A stretch of DNA of 64,000 nt from a virus (lineage: Duplodnaviria; Caudoviricetes). This document shows, piece after piece, positions 54,631 to 64,000 of this stretch (positions are counted from its first letter, which is position 1; the number at the start of each line of letters is the position of its first letter). The notes beneath the pieces are model-generated. The model saw only the letters and a program-made list of their open reading frames with translations, had not been told where the DNA came from and did no database searches. A program made the translations under genes and the position numbers. The DNA is taken from positions 224,001-288,000 of the IMG/VR virus record IMGVR_UViG_3300042010_000129; one strand, written 5' to 3'.

Positions 54631-57600
54631 TTAACGGGTTTTGTATTTGAAGGTAAGCTCAGACAATTCTTTCAGCGCCTGATCTTTGTTCGACACGGTA
54701 ACGTTGCGCGCTACTTCAGCAACCTTCGCTTTCAGGTCGGTTTTATTCTTCCCGAAATACATCCATTCACCGTCAGTCTTCAACCACTTGGCGCCGGAGT
54801 TCGGAATAACTTTGCCGATGTGTTTGATGATGCCGGGGTTAGTCCGCAAGTCCACGCAAAGCATCACGTGTTCTTCGGTGAAGATCGGGAACACACGAAT
54901 GGCCCGACGGTTGCTGCTCATACGTTTCTGCACGCTGAAGAACGCAGGCAATTCACTTACCGGCGCCAGTTCCAAGCGATACCACAATTTGTGAGTGTTT
55001 TTCATACCTTCGTCAAATGCGCCGTTGATCGAAGCGAACAAATCGTTCGTCTTCTGATTAACTTCGAAGTTGTCGTAGATCCAATCATAAATTGCGTGGA
55101 ATTTCTTCTTGTTCGAAACGTTGATGTACGCGTATGCCGGAGTGAATTTGAAACCTTGCTTCGACAGATCCACATCGCCCGATTCCACGATTGCTTCCAG
55201 TGTTGCGAAGCCGTGGTAGTAGGCAGGATACAGCGAAATTTCTGCTGCTTCGATTTCTTCCGGCTCTTCAGGGAAATCCTCCTGCTCAACAATGACGCCG
55301 ACTTTCGGATTGTCGGTTGGACGCAATTTCTTGCCGCCGCCGATTTTCACCGTACCGCCAGTTTCGTAAATGCCTTCGTTGAGTGGACGCCCTTTCTTTT
55401 CGTTCTCCGTGCGTTTCTCGCCGTCCTTCGCTTCCTTCTTGATAACGCGGATTTTTTCGCCTTCTTGTTTCTTCCGGATGCGCTCTTCGCGCTCTTCCTG
55501 TTCCGCTTGTTTGCGCTGCTGTTCTTCCAACCGCTTTTGGCGGGCGGCGGAACGTTTCTCTTCGGTGTCAGTACCAGCCAGCGACACGTCAAAGAATTGC
55601 GCTTCCTGTTCCGGCGAAATATTCTTCTGCGCAAGGTAAGCCATGTTCACTTGAACCGTCACACGCCCCGGCATACCGGCAGGTGGATTTTTCAAGTTCA
55701 CGATCAAGCTAGAAAGCTTACCGCCACGGGTGTTAAAGCCAACGATACGCCCGGTGCCCCATTCGGTAACAACCGGTTTCGTGCGCAATTTTTCGCTGAA
55801 GTTTTTCACGACTTCCGGATCACGCAGCAGAACTTCAACGTTCAGCAGACCCCAGTTGTGGTGGTCGGGAATTGGTTGGTTCGCAACGAACGGCACCAGT
55901 TCCATACGGGCCGAGCCTTCCAGATTTGGAGCGCCTTCAATCGGCAACATATCCGCTTTCATCGAATTGCGCATTTCTGCGAATTCTTTTGCTTCCACGG
56001 CGTTGAGGCGACGATATGCGTCTTCCATTTCGTTGAAAGGTTCGTCGTCGAGGCCAGCGGTCGATGCAAGCATGTCCACACTGAGAGCCAAACGACGGTC
56101 GTCTTTTTCCGTTGGAACATTCACAGAAGCCAGCAATTCTTTGTACAACGGATTCGCTGCTTCGGTGATTCGAGCAACACCGAAAGTTTTGGAAATAACA
56201 CGCGCCAGTTTCGGCACTTCCATGGTGTTGTCGGCCAGTACCCAATCCAGATAAACCACGTCACGGGTCAAACCGCCTTCGCCTTTCGCCGCTGCAATTG
56301 CGCCCTTAGCATCTGGACGCCACACACGCGCAGCAGTTTGCGACAAAGCACCCGGCCCCCATGGGGCTTCTGCGCGAATCATTCGGCTTGCCAATTGAAG
56401 GTTGTGACCTTCGGACATGCCTTGTTCGTTCGCAATCAGAATTTGTACGCGATCATCGGTTTTGAAATCGTTGAAAGCTTTTACGCGATCAGGTTCGTCG
56501 CCGGTAAACTTCACCGCCATCGCCTGATAGTTCGGTGGCAATGCATCAAACACAGCCCGCGCACTTGCGTTGTAACGCGTGATAATGATCAGCTTGCCCT
56601 TCGGTTCTGGCTTCCAATAATCTGGAGCTTCGACCGGAGTTTTCGATTGAACGTTATCAGGAATTGCTACGCGAGTTTCGCCCGGATTGTATTTCCGTGC
56701 GACATACAGCTGGCCTTCGAAATCAACGAGGTCGAGTTCGATGTAGCGAGTGCCACGGCGCCATTTCTGCGGGTTGAAGTGCTTGGCTGCAAGGTTCGCG
56801 ATGTACTTCGCTTTACGCGAAATAAACCCTTCACCCATATTGCCGAAAACTTCGGTGTAGGCTTCGTCTTCCTGCGGGCAGATAATCAGGCGTTCGAAAC
56901 GCGCAATGTTTTTCTCCCACAATTTCTGCGCGATTGCTTCGCCGGAGAAGTCGGAGTCGTTATCGACGAATTTATCGCCGTTACCTTCCTTGCCATCTTC
57001 CTCTTCGTCGTCGCTGTCGTCGCCACCGTTTTTCTCTGCGAGCGCTTCAGCTTTCGCTTTCTGACGCAGCAGTGGTTCCATCTCTTCCAAGGTACGGTCG
57101 AGAACCAAACGGTACAATTGTTCGTGCAGTTTTTGCTGTTCGATTTCGGCAGGCGATGTTCCGTCTGCGCCGTCGTAGTCCACCATTGGAACCGGGTGGA
57201 AACTTTCGATAGCGGACGGCAGCATGTATGCCCAATCCTTTTTCTCTTTCACAATAAACGAAATATAGTGACCGAGTTTATCGACAGCACGTTTGCCGTT
57301 GAGCGGGGTGTAGGTGCTAATGATGCGATCACCGATTTTCACCAGACCGCTATCTTTTTCCGCTTCTTGATCAGGCTTGATATTCGCGATATCACCAGCA
57401 CGGAAAACGTGCGGCGCTTTCAACGCGATTTGACCTTCGATATCTTTCGCCCGGTCAGGCATGATCGTACCAGTCAGCAGGCGCAGCCATTTGACAGTGG
57501 TCGAAGAGGTAATGATTTTTACTGCACGGTGACGCGCAGATTTAAACGATTTCAAGTTGTGCGATTCGTCGATTGCCACATAGTTGCAACCGAGGCGACG

Positions 57601-60600
57601 AATCAACTCAAGGTTTTGCGAGAAGTTAACCTGCGCGTTACCAATACACACGCGGGTATTCCGGCCTTGAACGAAAGTCATCGAACTGATAAAAATCGTG
57701 TTCGGTGGTGCGTTAACTGCCAGATCACTCAGGCGTTTTTCACCAACGGCTTTCATCCAACGTTGCAGAACTGCGGAACTGATCGGGAATGCGTTCCAAT
57801 TGGAGCCTTGGAAATATTTCATTTCCTCACACCAAGTGTTGATCAGGCCGTTAGGGCAAATAACCAACGGACGTACAACGGTGCCCGCTTCTTTCATGTC
57901 TTTCATCAGACATGCAATGTCGATAATGCCTTGACCGGTTTTACCACCGCCCGGCGCCAGTGCCAGAATTGCGAAGTTTGGCGGATTCTTTTTACGCAGC
58001 GAACTTTGCACCGATTCTTGGTGCGGGAAAATTGCACGGTCTTCACCGATTTTCCCCGGCATCTTGATATCTTCGGCGCTGAACGATGGATCGGGCTGGA
58101 TAGACTCAGCCTGTTCAGTTGCTTCTGCGAAAATCGTTTCCGCATTTGGCGCATATTTCCCGAGCATTACAGCGAACGGCAGAACGTCACGGTACAGAGT
58201 GGCGTTAGCCTGTAGCGGCATGCTGATCGAGAAGTTTTGGCCCGGACGATCAGGCATTTCGCCCAAGTTCACAGTGGCCTGACCAGCGCGAGCATTCGCG
58301 TAGTGTTCGATTTCAACACTGTTGATCGCGTCGAGGATTTGCTTGAAAACTTGCCCACCGAAATAACGGAACAGGCGCGAAAATTCTGCGGCGGTCGAAA
58401 TCGTGGTGTTGAAATAATCCGGATGGTTTTCCAGTTCGAGACTGACTTCCGATGCACGCGGAGTTTTATCACCGTTGCGCAAATTCTCGAAAGTTTCGTT
58501 CCACAGGTGCGTGCCCTGTGCGCCGGAAGCCATGTCCATTGCAGTTTCCAACAGGCTTTGAATCACGCCGCGAGTGTTGCCCTTTGCGCGATCCGGAAGC
58601 GTGCCTTCTGGTGTCAGAAACTTGATGTAATCCGGACTGTAATCGAAACCCGGTTCAGTCGGCAGCTTCGAGTAATTCAGGGCGCGCATTGCACTGCCCA
58701 ACAATTCCGGAAGCTTTGGCACTTTGTTATCGACGTAGGCCAACCGCATATAGAGGTTGATCAGGTTCGAAGCCAATCCGCTTTTTGCGAATTTCAAATG
58801 GTCGTCAGCGGCGCCGTAAAGTTCTTCTGCGCGCTTGTACGCCCACGCGGTGTGTTCCCCGTGGTTCAGCGTGTACATGGCTTGCGCAAACGAACGCTTC
58901 ATTGGTGTTTCGCCATCTTTGGCGAGGTTGAAGCCAAGCCAGTCAGCGATTGCCAAAGAATCCGGAGTTACTGCACCGACCGAAGTCGAAGTAACAGTGC
59001 GGCCCGGTGTGTCGGTTGCCTGAATGTTGATCCCGAAGTCCCAATCGAAACCGAGGGAACAGCCGTCGAAATCGTTCAGTTCTTTTACAAGTTCCTGCAT
59101 GCGCTGCAAATCTTGCGCATCAACCCACGGCCATTTTTCTTCGCGGGGTTCGGCTTGGAAAGCAGCCAAAGGAATTTCGTTGCGGCTCAACAGTTCCAGC
59201 AATTCTTCCGAAACTTTCTCGAAATCTTCAGCCAGAGTAGTTTTTTGCAGCGCGTCGATACTTGGACGAACAGCCATCGTGCCCTGCGGCGTGATGAACA
59301 TGTTTTCCGCGTTACCTTTGGTACGTTCAACAACGTAACCGAATTGTTCACGCAGCGCCGGGATTTTCTTCAGCGTGGAAGCGCTGGTCGCGTAGCGCGG
59401 GATATGATCCATGTGAATTGCTTTGGTGTTGGTAATCTTGTAAGCCTTACCAGTACCCGTAACTTTCGCACGCAGAACCTGCGCGATGTACAGGGAGAAC
59501 CAAGAATTCGCACGGGTCAAACTTGCGCGTTCGTTGGCCGGAGTTTGCGAAACAAAATGCGCGATATCCGATTCCAGCGTGAAGCGGATCGAAGTACGAA
59601 CGGTGATGTTCAGCAATTCCGATTCGGGAGTAATCTTCGGGCGTTCACCGTTCAATTGCTCTTCGATTTTCGCATTAACTGCGGTCGGACTCAGCGCCTG
59701 TTCGTTGAACGCTGGTTTGGTGTTGCGCAGTTTTTCAGTCAGTTTTTTAACAGCGTGGCTCGGCTGTTTAATCAGTTCGATTTGCAGGAACTGATCAGCG
59801 AACGGGTTGGACACAACCATGTCGGTGACGATTTCACCAGCAGTCGGCATTTTCAGGCCGGTGTGTTTCGTCCAGATTTTTTCAACGTCGCTGAATTTGG
59901 TGTTGAGCGGAACGCCACGGTGAATCATACGTTCGCTGCTGGCAGTGGTGCCGAACAGGAACATGTGAATTTCACGCGCTGCTGCCAAAATCTTTTCGCC
60001 CATCGACGATTGCCACGTGCCCTTACGGCGCATTTCAGTCAGTGGGAAATCGTTGTTGGTTTCCAGATATTCGCTGCGACCGAGTTCGAAGTCGGACACA
60101 CCGAAATACGGCGCAGGCAGACCTTCTTTTTCAGGGTCAGCACCGGCACCCATCAGCACCACGTCGAGGCCTTCGTTATAGCGCTTCGAGCGGTAAACGT
60201 TGTGGAAGCTGTGCGCAGTACGACGCGAAGCACGCAGGAAGTTTACAACGTCTTCCTGAATGGAACCGGACGTGCGCTTCGAATGGAACACTTGCACAAA
60301 AATCGAAGAAATCAATTCTTCGTTCTGTTCGTCGGTGTTCATCGACATAACGTTTGCGCGGCCCATACAGATACGGACGAAACGCAAAAACATGTTGAGG
60401 TTGGAAGTTACGTCGCTCAGCGATTCCAGAATCGGAACCAGAAAGTTACGCTCTTTCTTCGGGTAGAAAAAAGATTCGTATTCGAGGTTTCGCGCAGGTT
60501 CCAGCGAAATGGTACGAATAGATTTTACGAATTCGGAACTGTCGTCGCCCTGTTCGTCTTCGTCATCGTCGTCGCCATCTTCATCACCGTTCGCACGGGC

Positions 60601-60705
60601 GTAGGCACTCAGCTGTTCGGAAAGTTCTTCCTGCTGCTGAAGTTCCATGCGCTTTTTACGCAAAGCATCTGCGATTGGATTTTCTCGCCACTGTACACGA
60701 TTCAT
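54631..60705 (-). CDS. large SNF2/SWI2-type SF2 ATPase (2024 aa)
   Basis: APGGGKT, DESH, LLTGT, SEGHNLQ.A and W.P....Q..ARVWR motifs in the C-terminal half. Confidence 0.88.
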   Translation of the reverse strand: MNRVQWRENPIADALRKKRMELQQQEELSEQLSAYARANGDEDGDDDDEDEQGDDSSEFVKSIRTISLEPARNLEYESFFYPKKERNFLVPILESLSDVTSNLNMFLRFVRICMGRANVMSMNTDEQNEELISSIFVQVFHSKRTSGSIQEDVVNFLRASRRTAHSFHNVYRSKRYNEGLDVVLMGAGADPEKEGLPAPYFGVSDFELGRSEYLETNNDFPLTEMRRKGTWQSSMGEKILAAAREIHMFLFGTTASSERMIHRGVPLNTKFSDVEKIWTKHTGLKMPTAGEIVTDMVVSNPFADQFLQIELIKQPSHAVKKLTEKLRNTKPAFNEQALSPTAVNAKIEEQLNGERPKITPESELLNITVRTSIRFTLESDIAHFVSQTPANERASLTRANSWFSLYIAQVLRAKVTGTGKAYKITNTKAIHMDHIPRYATSASTLKKIPALREQFGYVVERTKGNAENMFITPQGTMAVRPSIDALQKTTLAEDFEKVSEELLELLSRNEIPLAAFQAEPREEKWPWVDAQDLQRMQELVKELNDFDGCSLGFDWDFGINIQATDTPGRTVTSTSVGAVTPDSLAIADWLGFNLAKDGETPMKRSFAQAMYTLNHGEHTAWAYKRAEELYGAADDHLKFAKSGLASNLINLYMRLAYVDNKVPKLPELLGSAMRALNYSKLPTEPGFDYSPDYIKFLTPEGTLPDRAKGNTRGVIQSLLETAMDMASGAQGTHLWNETFENLRNGDKTPRASEVSLELENHPDYFNTTISTAAEFSRLFRYFGGQVFKQILDAINSVEIEHYANARAGQATVNLGEMPDRPGQNFSISMPLQANATLYRDVLPFAVMLGKYAPNAETIFAEATEQAESIQPDPSFSAEDIKMPGKIGEDRAIFPHQESVQSSLRKKNPPNFAILALAPGGGKTGQGIIDIACLMKDMKEAGTVVRPLVICPNGLINTWCEEMKYFQGSNWNAFPISSAVLQRWMKAVGEKRLSDLAVNAPPNTIFISSMTFVQGRNTRVCIGNAQVNFSQNLELIRRLGCNYVAIDESHNLKSFKSARHRAVKIITSSTTVKWLRLLTGTIMPDRAKDIEGQIALKAPHVFRAGDIANIKPDQEAEKDSGLVKIGDRIISTYTPLNGKRAVDKLGHYISFIVKEKKDWAYMLPSAIESFHPVPMVDYDGADGTSPAEIEQQKLHEQLYRLVLDRTLEEMEPLLRQKAKAEALAEKNGGDDSDDEEEDGKEGNGDKFVDNDSDFSGEAIAQKLWEKNIARFERLIICPQEDEAYTEVFGNMGEGFISRKAKYIANLAAKHFNPQKWRRGTRYIELDLVDFEGQLYVARKYNPGETRVAIPDNVQSKTPVEAPDYWKPEPKGKLIIITRYNASARAVFDALPPNYQAMAVKFTGDEPDRVKAFNDFKTDDRVQILIANEQGMSEGHNLQLASRMIRAEAPWGPGALSQTAARVWRPDAKGAIAAAKGEGGLTRDVVYLDWVLADNTMEVPKLARVISKTFGVARITEAANPLYKELLASVNVPTEKDDRRLALSVDMLASTAGLDDEPFNEMEDAYRRLNAVEAKEFAEMRNSMKADMLPIEGAPNLEGSARMELVPFVANQPIPDHHNWGLLNVEVLLRDPEVVKNFSEKLRTKPVVTEWGTGRIVGFNTRGGKLSSLIVNLKNPPAGMPGRVTVQVNMAYLAQKNISPEQEAQFFDVSLAGTDTEEKRSAARQKRLEEQQRKQAEQEEREERIRKKQEGEKIRVIKKEAKDGEKRTENEKKGRPLNEGIYETGGTVKIGGGKKLRPTDNPKVGVIVEQEDFPEEPEEIEAAEISLYPAYYHGFATLEAIVESGDVDLSKQGFKFTPAYAYINVSNKKKFHAIYDWIYDNFEVNQKTNDLFASINGAFDEGMKNTHKLWYRLELAPVSELPAFFSVQKRMSSNRRAIRVFPIFTEEHVMLCVDLRTNPGIIKHIGKVIPNSGAKWLKTDGEWMYFGKNKTDLKAKVAEVARNVTVSNKDQALKELSELTFKYKTR

Positions 60706-61118
60706 GCGTCGTCCTCAGAAATCACGCCTTCGGTTTGAATGATGCTGGCCCACGTTGGGTTCGGCTCACGTTTTTGTTCAACCGCCAGTTTTACCAGCGC
60801 TTGAGCCATGGCGTTACGCACGTGCGGATCAGGTTCATCTGCGAAGGGTTGCAAATTGTAGAAGCTGTACAGGTTGTTGTATTCCTGCAAACGGAAAGCA
60901 ACGAGCAAACTTTCGACAGCTTCTTTCATATCGAAAGTCGGCGGGGGCAATTCCGGAACATATTCGGCGTAGGCTTCGTCTGCCAGATCCTGAATATCGT
61001 TGCGCAGCACTTCGGCCAAATGCAGAATTGCTTTCAGTTTCTGTTCAGGCGGCGCATCGCCCTTTTTGATAACGGTCAGGATACTTTCGATCCCATCCAG
61101 AGCGGTACTAAGGCTCAT
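60702..61118 (-). CDS. hypothetical helical protein (138 aa)
   Basis: ATGA overlaps on both sides. Confidence 0.7.
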   Translation of the reverse strand: MSLSTALDGIESILTVIKKGDAPPEQKLKAILHLAEVLRNDIQDLADEAYAEYVPELPPPTFDMKEAVESLLVAFRLQEYNNLYSFYNLQPFADEPDPHVRNAMAQALVKLAVEQKREPNPTWASIIQTEGVISEDDA

Positions 61119-61798
61119 TGCAAGTCTCCAATTGAGGCCCTTCGCCAGACGGCTAAGAGTTCTTTTTCTAGAAGCGGGTAGTGCGGCATTTCTGTCAGAA
61201 AGAAAACCTCATATTTCAAATAGAGGTGATCGCCCTTCAGGCGCGCAATGCTGATTTTCATGTCGCGATTTAACACCACCACATTTTCCTGCCACGGCTT
61301 TACCTGTCGGATTGTTCCGGGGCAGCGATCATTTACGATGGTTACGGTTTCACCACCACGCATTACTTTGCGGCGATCAAGTTTCAGTGAGTCCGGAAGT
61401 TCCTTTAGCACTTTCACTTGCACCATTCGATTCAACAAATAATCGAGGGTGAATCGTTGAGCCTTCATTTTCACTTGGCCCACGATTTTGAAACCGTGAA
61501 CAACGTTGGTCATGTCGTCGGAATCAAACACGATTTCAAACGTATGCTTTTGCGGCTTCAGGTGATACAAAAGAAACTTGGAATGCAGCGCGCTACTGAA
61601 AGCGGCATACAGTTTATTTACAGTAAAGAAATCCTTCAAATTGTGGAGCGTTTTGACTTTTACCCCAGCCTGACGCAAAAGGATTCGAAAACCTTCTTTC
61701 AAAACTTTAGGGTCAAGCTTTTGCACATCGGGTAATTCTAAAAACGCTTCCCACGATCCGGCAAATTCCGGATCAATGTCAGGTGGCATCTTTAGCAT
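61115..61798 (-). CDS. hypothetical protein (227 aa)
   Basis: Coupled ORF. Confidence 0.7.
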   Translation of the reverse strand: MLKMPPDIDPEFAGSWEAFLELPDVQKLDPKVLKEGFRILLRQAGVKVKTLHNLKDFFTVNKLYAAFSSALHSKFLLYHLKPQKHTFEIVFDSDDMTNVVHGFKIVGQVKMKAQRFTLDYLLNRMVQVKVLKELPDSLKLDRRKVMRGGETVTIVNDRCPGTIRQVKPWQENVVVLNRDMKISIARLKGDHLYLKYEVFFLTEMPHYPLLEKELLAVWRRASIGDLQ

Positions 61799-62132
61799 CT
61801 TTTTTCTTCTTCGCTAGGATTAGATGTTTGGAATGTCGGCTACTGTGCTGGGCAGCATGGCAGTCGGCGCAAAGGGTACGCAGGTTGTGCATTACGGTTT
61901 GCCCACCACTGGCAACAGGGCGAATATGATCGACCTGCAAATACGTTGTGTTCGGGCATTTGGTGCATTTGTTCCCGTCGCGTTTAATCACCTTCGCACG
62001 GATTGTCATCCACTCACTGCGGTCGCCGTAAACGGTTGCAGAAGCACGACGAACTTTTGCCACGACTTTTGCTTTCTTCGGCCCGCTTGCAACACTCTTA
62101 ACCCGCTTGGGGGCGACACGCGTGGGCCTCAT
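61779..62132 (-). CDS. HNH endonuclease (McrA-like)
   Basis: CxxC...VDHIRP...GG....NL..LC..CH. Confidence 0.9.
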   Translation of the reverse strand: MRPTRVAPKRVKSVASGPKKAKVVAKVRRASATVYGDRSEWMTIRAKVIKRDGNKCTKCPNTTYLQVDHIRPVASGGQTVMHNLRTLCADCHAAQHSSRHSKHLILAKKKKDAKDAT

Positions 62133-62902
62133 ATCAATACCTTCCGCATCCGATCCAGTGCTTTTGGATATTCTTCGGTGACAGATGCCGCCGCTTCACC
62201 CAAAGTATTTTTCAGTTTCTTTTCCACTTCCGAACGCTGGTCTTCGTTCTTAATGAACTTGGTGATTGCGCCCATCATGTGGAAATAAATATCGGTGAAA
62301 GCCTGCGCCACAATCTGCTGATACGGGCGCATTACAATCGCTTCCAGTTCGGAAATCTGTGCAGAAATATCGCGAGTGGCACGCAGGTCTGCGATCACTT
62401 CACGAATCTGCGAATAGATGGTGTTCAACGCATAAACGTCTTTGTTGTAAATGCGATCTTCCATCTGTTCTTCGAGACGTTGAGCAGTCTGAATCAGTTG
62501 CTCAAAAATACGGCGAGTTTCCGCATCGTATTCATCGACCGGGGCCGGGAGGTGAACGTATTCTTCCACCGCTGCAAGCGTGGTGGCTTTGCCTTTCGCT
62601 TTCTTTTTCAACGCCGCATTTCCAGCAGGCAGCGCGATTTCTTTGCTCAGCGATTTAGGGCCGGGAATCAACTGGCCTTCCAGCGCTTTCTTTTTCTTTT
62701 TCTTGATTGGATCTTGGCCGACTTTGTAGGTGTTATCTTCGATCACGATTGGTTCGTGTTTTTCGACTTTAACCTTTTTCTTTTTCTTAACGGATGGGCC
62801 ACGACCTTCGTCAAGGTGTTTATTGCGAAGCTTACCGCGATCATCGACGCTAATGCCGTCGTCATCGCCGCCGCGCACTGTTCGAACTTTTACCTTAGCC
62901 AT
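62129..62902 (-). CDS. basic N-terminus/helical C-terminus protein (257 aa); possibly terminase small subunit-like
   Basis: Lys-rich N-half, helical C-half, adjacent HNH gene. The functional assignment is weak. Confidence 0.5.
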   Translation of the reverse strand: MAKVKVRTVRGGDDDGISVDDRGKLRNKHLDEGRGPSVKKKKKVKVEKHEPIVIEDNTYKVGQDPIKKKKKKALEGQLIPGPKSLSKEIALPAGNAALKKKAKGKATTLAAVEEYVHLPAPVDEYDAETRRIFEQLIQTAQRLEEQMEDRIYNKDVYALNTIYSQIREVIADLRATRDISAQISELEAIVMRPYQQIVAQAFTDIYFHMMGAITKFIKNEDQRSEVEKKLKNTLGEAAASVTEEYPKALDRMRKVLI

Positions 62903-62931
62903 GTATTCCCCCTAACCGCCGCCAAACCGAC

Positions 62932-62953
62932 AAAAGGGGGCGCATGGCCCCCT
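62932..62953 (-). terminator. rho-independent terminator
   Basis: AGGGGGC...GCCCCCU stem plus UUUU. Confidence 0.7.
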
Positions 62954-62974
62954 CTTGAATTTCCCGCTTTTTGT

Positions 62975-63820
62975 TTAGAAGAAAACGTGACCGCGAACGC
63001 GAGTCATGAACTCTTCGAAGAATGCCGGGCGACGTGCGAAAACGCGGCTGTAGAACGAAGAGAAACGATCAACGTCGGCAGCCGATGCAACGGCGATGGA
63101 ATCTTGAATTTCTTCTTCTTCCAGTTCGACGGCGCCAGCGGTAACAACGATCATTTCGCGATGCACGGTTTCGGTTTGGCCGTTCGGACGAACAACGAAA
63201 ATGTCCGGGGTTGGCGAACCGTCTTCGTGGTCGATGGAAGCACAGGCAATACCCATTTGCAGGTCAGCCGATTGCTGCGAAACGTAGGTAATCAGGTCGC
63301 CGCCTTCAACCATTGCGCGATCCTGCGAGGATTGCAGGTGCAGGTTTTTGTTGTTGAAATCGTTCACGTCGGATTTGGCAACGGCCAGCAATTGCTGCAT
63401 TACCAGAGTGTCGTCAGCGCAAACGGATTTAACCATTACTTCGCCGGTTGCAGTTTTGCGCAGAGTCCACAGATTTTCGTCTGCGTCCATGTACATGTTG
63501 GCCGCGACCGCTTTGAAGTTCGGGCGATTGCCTTCGTTCACGACAACGCGTTCGGAAACGACGCCGACGATACCTTCGAAGTGATGCAGGGTCGGTTCAG
63601 CGGCCAGCGAAACGAACGAACCGTGAATCGGGGAAACGCCTTTGAATTGCGCTTTGATACCGGCGAAAACTTGTTCAGCAGTTGCGCCAGCGGAAGCAAC
63701 GGCGACAACGCGCATGAAACGGTCGTCGATTGGAAAGGCTTCGCGAATTTCTACTTTGGTTACGGCGGTTTTGCCGGAAGTAACCAGCGCATCGCGGGCT
63801 TTGGTAGCGTTGAAAGTCAT
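62975..63820 (-). CDS. putative head/virion protein (281 aa)
   Basis: GGAG RBS, GTAATTTAA upstream, highly biased codons, AVASA motifs at both ends. Confidence 0.75.
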   Translation of the reverse strand: MTFNATKARDALVTSGKTAVTKVEIREAFPIDDRFMRVVAVASAGATAEQVFAGIKAQFKGVSPIHGSFVSLAAEPTLHHFEGIVGVVSERVVVNEGNRPNFKAVAANMYMDADENLWTLRKTATGEVMVKSVCADDTLVMQQLLAVAKSDVNDFNNKNLHLQSSQDRAMVEGGDLITYVSQQSADLQMGIACASIDHEDGSPTPDIFVVRPNGQTETVHREMIVVTAGAVELEEEEIQDSIAVASAADVDRFSSFYSRVFARRPAFFEEFMTRVRGHVFF

Positions 63821-63846
63821 GTGGTAAATCTCCAGAGGATGTATGA

Positions 63847-63855
63847 TTAAATTAC
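63847..63855 (-). promoter_or_regulatory. GTAATTTAA late-promoter-like motif
   Basis: Exact copy 27 nt before the ATG at 63820. Confidence 0.6.
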
Positions 63856-63873
63856 GAATTGTTTATTCGTCAG

Positions 63874-64000
63874 TTAAAAGAAATTGCGGAAGAATCCGCC
63901 GGTAGATCCACGCCCCGGATAACCCGGAATACGAGTCATCGCAGTGTTCGAAATTCCAAGAATACCGAACGCACGACTTGAATCAATGAAACCACCGCCC
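63874..64000 (-). CDS. 3' end of a gene entering from outside the window
   Basis: Open frame GGGFIDSSRAFGILGISNTAMTRIPGYPGRGSTGGFFRNFF then TAA at 63874. Confidence 0.6.
   Translation of the reverse strand, partial: GGGFIDSSRAFGILGISNTAMTRIPGYPGRGSTGGFFRNFF

Noticed and set aside
50687-60705. Inteins or introns in the polymerase, helicase or SNF2 genes
   Set aside because: No splice-junction or LAGLIDADG motifs were seen, and the catalytic motifs are spaced normally.
36958-60738. Very long plus-strand ORFs (36958..40146, 40137..41789, 54607..58215, 58237..60738; also 19269..20843 and 25506..27557)
   Set aside because: They are antisense shadows of strongly codon-biased minus-strand genes, with no RBS, no recognisable domains and an unnatural Phe/Arg/Val-rich composition.

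Overview
The window is a 64-kb segment of a large dsDNA contractile-tailed (jumbo myovirus-type) bacteriophage genome. Essentially all genes lie on the minus strand, and the long plus-strand ORFs in the track are antisense shadows. Gene content recalls Lu11/PaBG/RSL1-type jumbo phages; this is an inference from memory and was not verified. In coordinate order it contains: (1) small accessory genes, including a metallophosphoesterase, DUF1353 and dCTP deaminase; (2) a tail/baseplate module with hub, gp53-like wedge, a tape-measure-like protein carrying a muramidase and an M15 peptidase, two hub chaperones, two tube-like genes and a sheath; (3) a head module with major capsid, decoration-like protein, acidic scaffold and prohead protease; (4) a GT2-TPR glycosyltransferase, NAD-dependent ligase, Ig-repeat fibre genes and a second sheath; (5) a replication block with SF2 helicase, beta-clamp-like protein and family-A polymerase with an N-terminal UDG-like domain; (6) a 2024-aa SNF2-type ATPase and an HNH nuclease. 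The strongest unannotated signal is a canonical programmed -1 ribosomal frameshift at 6901-6954 (A_AAA_AAG, 7-nt spacer, stem-loop) that would extend a 307-aa probable virion protein with a start-less beta-propeller-like domain to about 574 aa. Other notable signals are two strand-biased promoter-like motifs (ACTGTAAATA, 9 exact copies; GTAATTTAA, 5 exact copies before structural genes), a recurrent A-x-A-S putative prohead-protease motif, and a J-domain gene next to a degenerate DnaC-like gene. No tRNA, rRNA, CRISPR array or intein was recognised. All motif counts were made by eye.
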